From contig OZ025717.1 of assembly GCA_964019335.1 (NCBI GenBank), positions 1 through 64,000 on the forward strand: 64,000 bases of DNA, in the 5' to 3' direction. The position numbers and the translations under genes were made by a program. The notes under the pieces were generated by a model. That model had not been told where the DNA came from. It saw only the letters and a program-made list of their open reading frames with translations, and ran no database searches. This document shows, piece after piece, positions 8,756 through 17,847 of this stretch (position 1 is its first letter; each line of letters starts with the position of its first letter). The DNA is from Diplonema japonicum (lineage: Eukaryota > Protista > Euglenozoa: Diplonemea).

Positions 8756-8912
8756 GGAACTTCGCGATGTACTCCGCTTTCCTCGTCTCCCCGCCCAGCA
8801 CATCCAATACCTTCCTCTCCACAGTAGTGTTGTTGCTGTAGTCCAGGTACCACTGCACAGAGCGGCAGGGCTGCGAAAAAGCGTGGCCGTACAGGATACC
8901 GGTGGCGGGCAT
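8756..8912 (-). pseudogene. Glutathione S-transferase (theta-like) N-terminus truncated after ~52 codons by the SL-headed element
   Basis: Manual translation from ATG 8912: MPATGILYGHAFSQPCRSVQWYLDYSNNTTVERKVLDVLGGETRKAEYIAKF, matching the GST-N pattern LYG..SQPCRSV...GE.R..EY. Not in the ORF track. Confidence 0.78.
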
Positions 8913-9434
8913 TTTGTTTAGTTTTGAGGTGTGTATTATGTTTATCTATGAAATCATTGTTGTTGTTGTTGTTGTTGTTGGTGGTGGTGACTGGGGGGAG
9001 CAGAATACGCAAACAATGGGATGGGGTGGGGGGAGGACAAGCTACGTTTTTAATCACATCACAGGGAAAAAGAAAAAAGAGAAGGAAGATAAAAGACAAT
9101 CCTATAAAAAAGGGGGGACAGCAACCGAAAGGAGAACAGACGAAGAGGCCGAGACGTGAGAGGTTGCTTCTCTTGTCTCGCTGTCGCCGAGGTCTCCACT
9201 GCTGGCAAAAGCAAAATACGAGTTTACACGTGACATTCTTACCGCATAAAAAGAGACAACAACAAAAGCACTCTGTTCCATCACAGGGGAAAGGGGGGGG
9301 GGGGGGGGGGAGAAAGAGAAAGAAACAAAAATACAAAAAAAAAAACCACAACAGACAGCAAAAGAGGAAGACGAAGCGGGCGAGACGTGAGGAGGCTTCT
9401 CTTGTCTTGCCACGTCTCTTCTGGCTGGCTGTTT

Positions 9435-9468
<34 letters not shown>

Positions 9469-9575
9469 AACAAATCAGGAAAATATGGAGACATGTCTAC
9501 CGTTCTGAAATAAAGAAAAGACGTTGTTGGTTGTTCTTTTTTTAGTTATGTATTTGTTATTATTATTAGCTCCTT

Positions 9576-10931
9576 TCAAAGACCCGGCCAGTTCCCTGTG
9601 GTAGGATCGCACTTGGTGTAGACGGGAGCGGGACCCCACCTCCAGGTAGGTTTGATGATGTCGTTGAGGTTGGCGGCGAGCTCGGGGGCGAGCTTGGTGC
9701 CGTTGGGGTTGGTGGTGGGGCTCGGGTTCACGGACCACACGAAGGCCCCCAGGAAGCCGTTCTGCTTGGCGTAGGTGGCGATCTCCTTGTCGGCGGCCAT
9801 CCCCTCCCACACGCCGCCCGCCGCCTGCTCGCCGGGCTCGAAGCCGATGTTGATCTTCTCCTTCGGGACCTTCCCGTAGGTCACGAAGTTGTTCATGATG
9901 GTCGTGAAGTTCAGCTGCAGCGCCCCTGCAGGGGTCCCCGCGTCGTAGGCCATGATGTTCGCGGTGTCGAAGCTCGCCCCCGACTGCGGCCAGATCTTCG
10001 CCCCTTCGTTGTCCGTCGCGAAGGTCTGGTTCGGGCGCGGGCTCCCCGGGAGCAGGTAGTTCCAAGGGTTCCCTGCGGGGAGGAAGGCGTTGAAGCGCGT
10101 CGTCCACGACACCTCCAGGTGGTCCGGCCCGTTCTTCCCCACCTCGTCCATGAAGTTCATGTTGGTCTGGTAGTAGGGCTTCATGTCGGCCTGCTGCCAC
10201 GGCTGCAGGGCGTTGTACTCCGCCTCCAGCTGCTGCTTCCTCGTCGCCGCGAAGCTGCTCCACTGCGGCTTCACGTTGCTGTCCAGCTCCTCCCGCAGGG
10301 CCGCCACCAGCGCGTTGTACGCCGCGAACTCGTCGTCCCCGTTGATCGTCGCGAACGGCGTCAGGTGCTCGAAGTCCAGGTCCACCCCGTCCGCGAAGGT
10401 CCACAGCACCAGCTTCCCCATCAGCTTCGCGATCGAGCGCGCGTTCTGAACGCTCCCCACCCGCGCGAAGTCGCTCCACCCGCCGAGCGAGATCTTGAAC
10501 CTCTTCGGCCCGTCGGGGTGCATCTTCGCCATCCGCGACGACTCCGCGATCGACACGATCCCAGGGGTCGCCGCCGACGTCGACGGGGTGATCGCCGCCG
10601 CCCCGTTCTTCGACGCCGCCGCCAGGTAGATCGCCTTCCCGTCCCACACGGGGCACGGCCCTGAGGCCCCGCCAGAAGTCCCGTTCGGAGCGTTGCTGCA
10701 GCTCACCTGCGACGGTGTCGGGTTCTCCGTCAGGAAGGTGAACCCGTAGTTCACGCTCGAGTACGGCTTCAGCGACGTGATGTACGGCTGGGGTTCGAAG
10801 CACCCCATCAGGCAGTTCCCGGGGATGTTGTTGTCCCACCACTTCACGTTCACCCAGTCCTCAAGGTACCCCAGCAGCTCGTTCCCGCTGCACACTCCTG
10901 CAAGCAGCAGCACAAGGAGAAGCGTCTTCAT
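9576..10931 (-). CDS. Secreted glycoside hydrolase family 18 (chitinase-like)
   Basis: Signal peptide MKTLLLVLLLAGVCSG; KISLGGW; catalytic DGVDLDFE (DxDxE); IMAYD; GAFVWS. Start reassigned to ATG 10931. Confidence 0.88.
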   Translation of the reverse strand: MKTLLLVLLLAGVCSGNELLGYLEDWVNVKWWDNNIPGNCLMGCFEPQPYITSLKPYSSVNYGFTFLTENPTPSQVSCSNAPNGTSGGASGPCPVWDGKAIYLAAASKNGAAAITPSTSAATPGIVSIAESSRMAKMHPDGPKRFKISLGGWSDFARVGSVQNARSIAKLMGKLVLWTFADGVDLDFEHLTPFATINGDDEFAAYNALVAALREELDSNVKPQWSSFAATRKQQLEAEYNALQPWQQADMKPYYQTNMNFMDEVGKNGPDHLEVSWTTRFNAFLPAGNPWNYLLPGSPRPNQTFATDNEGAKIWPQSGASFDTANIMAYDAGTPAGALQLNFTTIMNNFVTYGKVPKEKINIGFEPGEQAAGGVWEGMAADKEIATYAKQNGFLGAFVWSVNPSPTTNPNGTKLAPELAANLNDIIKPTWRWGPAPVYTKCDPTTGNWPGL

Positions 10932-10997
10932 TTTGATGGTGTTGTTGTTGTGAGCGCACTGTCGATGCTGTTGTTGTGTTGCGCAGGGAAGGGACGA

Positions 10998-11089
10998 GGG
11001 GTGCTCAAATGAAATAGCTTGAAGAAAGTGTAATGCGACGAAGTGATGTCTTTCTCGTTCATTAAAAAGAAAAAGCAAAAGAAAATCGC
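10998..11089 (-). promoter_or_regulatory. Conserved upstream element shared with 12842-12923
   Basis: Near-identical ~85-bp block (GGGGTGCTCAA.TGAAATAG...AGTGTAATGCGACGAAGTGAT..TTTCTCGTTCATTAAAAAGAAAAA...GAAAATCGC) 70-100 bp upstream of two unrelated secreted-protein genes. Function is inferred. Confidence 0.6.
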
Positions 11090-11719
11090 GCGAATAAGGG
11101 AGAGGAGGGAGGGAGGGATGTAAAAAAAAGAGAGGCAAACAATTAGAGTTTCTGTTCTCTTTCTTTCCTTTTTATTACATTCTTCTTCTTCTTCTTCTTG
11201 TTCGTGCTATTTCTAACCTTTCATTCTTCCCTGGAAGGGGCTCCATCTAGCTCAGAAGATTCAATCTTAATCCCATTTGCACCAGGTGTTGGAAGAAAAT
11301 GAGAAGAGGAAGAAAAACAAAGAAGGCAAAGAAGAAAGGGCTAAAAGGACAGAAGAGGGGGAGGGGGGGGGGGGGGGGGGACTTAAAAGTGCTCCACAGA
11401 AAGGGGTACTTTTAAAAGAAAACGCAAAAAAAACCAAAAGAAAAGAAAAACAAAACCAATCGTGGCGCTCGTGTTAGTTGTGCACAGCAGCACCTTTAAG
11501 GTATGCAGACCATGCTTCCAACGAATAGTTTAGCAGAGTCATAGAAAAAGAGGGAGAGGGAAAGAAAAATGGAGAGAGCGCGAATACCGGCAAAAGGCGG
11601 AACAAGGAGGGCATTTATCGTGTCGAATACCTTTCCTTGTCTCTTAACCACTGCTTTGTTGTTTTTTTTTTCCCTCTCACCCTCGATTCTTTCTTTTTTC
11701 TTTTTTTAAAATTATTGTT

Positions 11720-12745
11720 TCAAAGACACACACACGGCCTGTTCGGCCCTGTGGTGCCTGGTTTCACATTGTTCTTGGCAGGACACCAGTCCTCTCCCAC
11801 ATTTTGGGAGGTGGAGAAGACCGCGACGTGAGGGGCATCTGTGGAGACAGGGATGTCGAGGGTCTCGCCTGCTTGGAGGGTTTTGTGGAAGACGGTCATG
11901 GTCTGGGTCTGCGAGGAGCCTGCGGGGGTGAAGATGGGGGCGCACGAGGAACCCCTCCAGGACTGCGAGAGGAGGAAGCCGGGGATCCCACCGTTCTTCC
12001 CGCGGGAGCAAGGGGGGCAGTGGTACACCGCAACGAAGAAGTTGCAGGCTTCACCCTTCTGAGCACAGCACTCCAGCTTGATCTCGTCACCGGGGGCAAG
12101 AGGAGGCAAGCTGTACACAGCAGCGGCCTCCAGGACCCCGGGAGGGTTCGCGAGCGTCCTCTCCGCGGACACCGCCTTCCTGTCCACGAACGATGAGGGT
12201 GGGTGCCTCGTCTCCGTCCCGCTCTTCACAGTCGTCGCCCCACCGCACGTCGCGCAGCAGTCCGCCCTGCCCCTGATCAGGAAGGGGTTGACCCCCGGGT
12301 TCAGCTCCCTGCAGTTGTTTCTCCCGCACACCAGACCATCCCCGCACTCCGAGTCGTAGTCGCAGTCCCCTTCGCCGTGCTTGCACCCAGGGTTCAGGAA
12401 GCAGTAGTTGCGGTGGAAGGGCTGCATGTTCTCGCAGCAGTCGTATGACCTGCGGTACACGTGATCCATACCAGGGTGCATCTCCCTGCAGTTATTGTAC
12501 CCGCACACCAGGTCCCCCTTGCACTCCCGGTCCCTGTCGCAGTCACCGCCCCCATGCCCACAGGGCCCGTTCTTGCAGTAGTGTCTGTTCCCCGGCGACC
12601 CGAAGGTCAACCCTTGGACCACGGGTTCCGCATCCTCCTCCGTTTCCTCTTCGGTGCGGTCCCATTCATCCCCAGGCTGCTCCCCCTCGATGGCCCCCAT
12701 CGAAGCAACCGACATCGTCACCACCACCAGGGCAAGTGTCTTCAT
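11720..12745 (-). CDS. Secreted cysteine-rich protein with two C.HG.GDCD.D.EC...LVCG.NNC repeats
   Basis: 341-aa ORF, hydrophobic N-terminus, tandem Cys-rich repeats, Cys-containing C-terminal domain. Confidence 0.8.
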   Translation of the reverse strand: MKTLALVVVTMSVASMGAIEGEQPGDEWDRTEEETEEDAEPVVQGLTFGSPGNRHYCKNGPCGHGGGDCDRDRECKGDLVCGYNNCREMHPGMDHVYRRSYDCCENMQPFHRNYCFLNPGCKHGEGDCDYDSECGDGLVCGRNNCRELNPGVNPFLIRGRADCCATCGGATTVKSGTETRHPPSSFVDRKAVSAERTLANPPGVLEAAAVYSLPPLAPGDEIKLECCAQKGEACNFFVAVYHCPPCSRGKNGGIPGFLLSQSWRGSSCAPIFTPAGSSQTQTMTVFHKTLQAGETLDIPVSTDAPHVAVFSTSQNVGEDWCPAKNNVKPGTTGPNRPCVCL

Positions 12746-12841
12746 TATTTCTTCTTTTTTTTTTTTTTTTGTTGTTGTAAGCTGTTTATGTGGTGTGCAC
12801 AGCAGGCGTGATCAAAAGCAGAAGAAGAAAGAAGAAAACCC

Positions 12842-12923
12842 GGGGTGCTCAATGAAATAGAAAAACAGTGTAATGCGACGAAGTGATCTTTCTCGTTCAT
12901 TAAAAAGAAAAAACGAAAATCGC
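12842..12923 (-). promoter_or_regulatory. Conserved upstream element, second copy
   Basis: Matches 10998-11089. Confidence 0.6.
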
Positions 12924-13479
12924 ACGTGAAAGTCTCGATTGTTGACACATCGCTCCAAAAATATGAAGCAGGATAAAATAAATACTGCATACAACAGAGA
13001 AAATCGAATAAGAAATCAGATCGTTGGTTGACTGTAGCAGGCGGCAGCAGGATGTTCTCTGCGACGGAGACATTCGGGCACCTTCAGCCCAATACTCGCT
13101 CAGTTCACGCCTTTCTCACATCTATTCTCCACAAGACCCTAAAAATAAATAGGGAAGGAATCCCACTAGTCCATTCATTCATATGTAAAGACTCGATGAT
13201 TTAAAGGAAGCCGGTGGGGGCACCCTGCACAAGCACCATTTACTTGATTACAGGGGGCGCACCTCGGCCTAGCTGTAGCTTCTTCTGCGTTCCGCGTCGT
13301 GTCCTTAATGCGTGCGGTGTGCAGCTCAACCCCAGCCGGGGCGCCCCGGGTAACCAAGATTCTGAGCCCGTGTAGTTTGCTGCCTGTTCGCCACCCAGAG
13401 CATCTGCTTCTTCCACTTGGGCGCTACCGGTGATGACCGACGGGGAGGTCAACAGCGAACAACACATCTGATGTACTTC

Positions 13480-13577
13480 TTTATATTTCCATGTTATCCC
13501 CACCACCTGAAAAAAAAAAAAAAAAAAAAAACCTTTATCTTCTTTTTCAGGTGGTGGGGATAACATGAAAATATAAA
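13480..13577. repeat. Inverted repeat, 35-bp arms (1 mismatch), 28-nt A-rich spacer
   Basis: TTTATATTTCCATGTTATCCCCACCACCTGAAAAA (13480-13514) pairs with TTTTTCAGGTGGTGGGGATAACATGAAAATATAAA (13543-13577). Confidence 0.9.
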
Positions 13578-13735
13578 AAGTGTAATGTAAAGATGTTCAT
13601 TTCACAATGCTCATATGTCTGTTAACTGAGTGCAGCTGACAAACTCATTTCACACCTGTTGTGAGGTATATTAAATAATAAAAAAGCAAAAACGACAGAA
13701 GAAACGTAACGTAGTTAGGGTACAAACAGTCACAT

Positions 13736-15593
13736 TCATAACACCTTGCTGTGACGGACAGAAAGTGCGGGTGATAACAAAGGCCTTGTTGGTGGGAATT
13801 TTTGAATTTCTGGTGTTTGGAATGGGGATGAAGTTTGCAACCCAGGTGGCGTCAACCAGTAAGGAGTACTCAAGGGATACGTGCGCCTTACTGGGTATGC
13901 TGTATCACTGCGGGTAGGGGTGGCCGTGTCGCTGCTGTAGGCGGTGTCGCTGTGGATGCGAGAGGGTGTCACGCAGGGTCCAGACAACCGTACTGCTTCA
14001 TCTGACGGGTGCGTTGACTTCTTTTTTGATAGGGCGTCGTCCGCCTCATTACGCGGACCACATGGCCCGCCCACAGAGAGAGAAACGTCAAGCGACCGCT
14101 TCCGGGGTGGTGACTCATGCACTGGGTCCTCATGCACAGGTTCCTCATGCACTGGGGGTTCTTTCTCTTCTTCTTCAGCTTGCTCTAGCAAATCGTCGTC
14201 ATCCTTTTCCTCCGTGTCGCCATTGGTATCGTTGTTTTCATTGTCCAACGCCAAGGCGTAGGGGATTTCGATATTCTCGCAGTCAACATGCGTGAAGCTT
14301 TTCTCCTCAGCTGAACGGGTCTGTGGGCTCTTCAGCTCTAAGTTGGATCGTGCTTTTTCTTTATACGATCTTAGTTTTGACCGCACTTTAAGGAACATGA
14401 AGGACAGGTTTGTCCACTTCCTCTCTGTGAATGCGTTAGCTATCTCCTCTGCAGAGACAGTGATGGTGTCGACTGCGCCAAAGCGGTCCCTGTCGATGCC
14501 CTTGCTGCTCTGGAAGAACTCGTGTTGCATGATCTGTTCCAGAGTGAATCGCGTCTCAGGGTTCTTGTCCAACAAACCTTCAAGCAGAGAGATGGTCGGT
14601 TTGTCAGTAAAGGTGTCAGGTATGTGGAAGGGCGACTTGAGAATACGGGAAGTCACTTCTGGGATGGTGGTCGCAAAGAACGGCAGCCGTCCGAAGAGCA
14701 TAGCGTAAAAGGTCACCCCGACTGCCCAAATGTCCACAGCACCAGCGTCTACTGAGGACCTGCCCTCGACTACCTCAGGAGAGAGAAACACTGGTGTTCC
14801 TTCGAAGAACTTCATTTGCGAGGCATCCTCTTCGGTGTCGAAAGAGATCGAGACACCGAAGTCGGACACTTTTACTGTGCCGTCGCCGCCAAGGAGTAAG
14901 TTCTCGGGTTTTATATCCCTGTGGAAGATGAGGTGCTGGTGGAGAAAAGAGATGCCGTTAATGATGTCAAGCATTGCATTGCGAGCCTCACTTATGCTGA
15001 AGACCTTCCCGCCTGTGGTGCCGTCGTCTTCGATCTTAAGGAGGTTTCCCTTCTCCAAGTACTCGAGCACCATGTACATCTTGTCGTCCTCCGCGTCGTT
15101 GATCACTTCGTACAGCTTTACTACATTCTTGTGATTCATTTTCTTCAGCAACGCCAGCTCTCTTGCCACATTATCCATTGCACTCCCACTGCTGGACCGG
15201 GTCTTGTTCAAGATCGTCTTCTTCATCACCTTCATCGCACGCACCTCGTCAGTCTCGTTGTCAACTGCAAGCTTGACTTTTGAGTAAGCCCCCTGTCCCA
15301 GATCGCCTACAATGGAGTATTGGTTGATTGTCTTGTTTCCGTCATCGTCTTCACCTTGGCGCTTTTGAGTGGTCTCTTTCACACTGCGAATGGTTATCAT
15401 GGCTGTGTGCATACCTGCCACCAAGTTCATAAAAGGATCCATTGCTGGAATTGGAGAAGGGTGATACTGATGTCAGAGGGCTGTTCGGTGGCTTCATTTT
15501 CTTTTTAGGTATGCTCGTCTCAGTCGGCGTGATGGCTAGGACGCTCTCTGTCCTGTTGGCATCGATGTCGTCGTAGCCTACGGACGAAGTCAT
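13736..15593 (-). CDS. Ser/Thr protein kinase, CAMKK-like; 31-nt intron 15384-15414
   Basis: GQGAYSKVK, RAMK, HRDIKPEN, DFG, GTPVFLSPE, DIWAVG; INQY and EVIND...KMYMVLEY are CAMKK-like. The intron GTATG..CGCAG joins upstream ORF 15351-15617 in frame. Confidence 0.9.
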
Positions 15594-15682
15594 GCTGCAT
15601 GAATGGTAGAGATGCAAAGAGTGACAAAGGAATAAAAAAAAGAAGAAGCGAAAAGTGATAAACTCAATTCAACTTGAAAGCC

Positions 15683-16087
15683 CTAGAATCGGAGCTGCTG
15701 GAAGAACCATTTGTTTTTGCCTGCGGCGTAGCGGGACTGGAACACCTGACGGACCAGCTTCTTGGAAGCAACTTTCTTCGACTCCTCAGCAGCACTGATC
15801 TTCCCCTTGGCGTCGCTCGGGAGGTCGAGGTTGTAGCGGGTGGGCATCATGTGGTTGTGGTTCACCACTTTGATGAAGGGACGGACACGCGACCTGAAAG
15901 CCATCCTCTTCTTCGACATACCCTTCCTGATCTTCAAGGGGGATTTGTCAACACCTGCCACCAGGGCGTGACCGTACGACCTCTCCTTGGTCCCAGCATC
16001 GCTGTTCTGAACAATAACAGCCTTCCTCCCCGCAAAACGCCCGTGAAGGAGCAGCACCACCTTTCCTGTCTTGAGGAACTTGCCCAT
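15683..16087 (-). CDS. RPL27: 60S ribosomal protein L27 (eL27)
   Basis: MGKFLKTGKVVLLLHGRFAGRKAVIV...NHNHMMPTRY...GKNKWFFQQLRF. Confidence 0.97.
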   Translation of the reverse strand: MGKFLKTGKVVLLLHGRFAGRKAVIVQNSDAGTKERSYGHALVAGVDKSPLKIRKGMSKKRMAFRSRVRPFIKVVNHNHMMPTRYNLDLPSDAKGKISAAEESKKVASKKLVRQVFQSRYAAGKNKWFFQQLRF

Positions 16088-16305
16088 TTTTTCTTTTTTG
16101 TTAACTGATTCAACCTGAAATTGGCAGATAAGCAAACTCACAGAATGCTCTGTTGGAAACATGAATACAATTTAACAATTTAACAAAAAAATCTAATTCT
16201 TTCGTGTGCTTACAAATGTGTTCTTTGTGTGCGCTCCCTGTAAGTGGAAAGAGCTTCACTTAGCTGCTGCATCTGTTTATGTTTTATATTTAATGTTTTT
16301 CATGA

Positions 16306-17304
16306 TCACACCTTCCGGGTCCTGTCTGTAGCCAAAGGGCTCGATGTTCCGAAGGGTGCAACAGTTTTGTGACTGATCTTCCGAGGTTGGTTTGCATCAA
16401 TTATTTTTGTGTGCTGCGTCTGTGGGTTGGGGAACATTTTCTTGTGCACGCGTAAGGCACCAGCACGGTCGTTTTCCTGCATTGATTTCAAACCATCTAG
16501 TTTACGCTGCTGATGGCTGCTGTCACTTCGAGCTTTGCTGACCTCCTGCTTTCCGTGTCTCCTTGGGATGTTGGGGCTTGTCATGTTCAGCGGCTTTCCC
16601 CTCTTTCTATTTGGCGTTGACGGGCAAGAAGCTGCCTCACTGCCTACGCCGCCGAACCACAGGTTTCCATGGTGGTGCGAAGCCTCCTGCAACCTCTTCG
16701 AGTGGATAGCAATGCCCTTAAGCGGCTTGCTGCAGCTGTCAGTGACTCCTTTCAGCTTGTCGTTGTGCGCCTTGTGCAGCTGATACTGTTGCTCGTTGAG
16801 CATCTCTTTGTACTGATGCCCTCTCCGCTCCAATTCACGCTTCAGAGTCTCTTCCTGGAATGCTTCTACGGGAGTGCTCTTGAACCACTCACCTTCAGTC
16901 CCCTTCAAGTGCGGGGGGTTGGGTCGCTGCAACGGAGGTTGGACATCTGTATGGATTGCTCTTTGGGCAGGGTGGAGCTCTTGATGGCGCTTTTCGAGAG
17001 CAGTAGGGCGCGGGAGATGTCCGCTTTGAGCTGGGTTGTAGCCACGTAAAGAGTCGCTTGTTTGTGCGAACCACAGGGGCTCGTGGTAGACAGATGGCGC
17101 TGCCGCTGGTTGGAACGAGTGTCTTCTACTTGCCGAAGGTGACTGGCTGGCTATACTACCGCTTCTCCTCCTCCCTGTAGACCTAGCTGGGGTACCTCTG
17201 TCGCCACCTCCAATGATCCAGTTCGTGCTGCCCCCAGGTGTCACTGACCGCTTCCTCCCCCTTACAGGCGTAGGACTCTCGTACCTGTCTACTTCGACCA
17301 CCAT
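16306..17304 (-). CDS. Hypothetical protein (basic, low complexity)
   Basis: ~332-codon ORF co-oriented with the cluster; no motif recognised. Confidence 0.65.
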   Translation of the reverse strand: MVVEVDRYESPTPVRGRKRSVTPGGSTNWIIGGGDRGTPARSTGRRRSGSIASQSPSASRRHSFQPAAAPSVYHEPLWFAQTSDSLRGYNPAQSGHLPRPTALEKRHQELHPAQRAIHTDVQPPLQRPNPPHLKGTEGEWFKSTPVEAFQEETLKRELERRGHQYKEMLNEQQYQLHKAHNDKLKGVTDSCSKPLKGIAIHSKRLQEASHHHGNLWFGGVGSEAASCPSTPNRKRGKPLNMTSPNIPRRHGKQEVSKARSDSSHQQRKLDGLKSMQENDRAGALRVHKKMFPNPQTQHTKIIDANQPRKISHKTVAPFGTSSPLATDRTRKV

Positions 17305-17847
17305 TGCACACCTGGATGATTGAAAAGAAGAAACAGGCGATTGATTACACGAATAGAACATTACATAGAGGGAGACAACAGAAACACCGCCCTTCGTTCT
17401 TTCTTACACCCATGATGCACTTCATAGCCAGCGCACCTTTGTTCTGTTGATGCCTTTGGTAAAAGCATCTCAAAGTAGCGAAGTGCGAAAACAAAACAAG
17501 TACATAAAGCAACAGGATGCTGGGCTGTGCCTTCCTTTCTGGCACAGAAAAAAAAGGTGCTTCAGGATTGCACTGCTTCCTGCGTTGCCTCTCGTGAGGT
17601 TGGCGGCCATGCGTGTATCTAATACTTTGACCTGCGGAGCCAATCAAAACTATAAAGACAACTAACCTTTGATGAAAAGCGAGAGCGAAGAAGAAAAGAA
17701 AAGCAACAAAGCGTTAGTGACCATGGTCGAGTACAACGCAACAGGCGTACCATGGTCACCGTGATATATAACAACTAACCTGTAATGTGCTGCCGTAGAT
17801 AGGGACCACTGGTTCGTGGTGGCTGCCTACCTTGACTGTGTAAACAA

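Noticed and set aside
9475-10842. 455-aa alternative-frame ORF overlapping the chitinase
   Set aside because: Shadow ORF caused by extreme GC3 bias; no motifs.
13175-13470. Short ORFs left of the hairpin (CAPCNQ, APKWKKQ) suggesting a nuclease or retroelement relic
   Set aside because: All frames are short or interrupted and the motifs are too weak to call.
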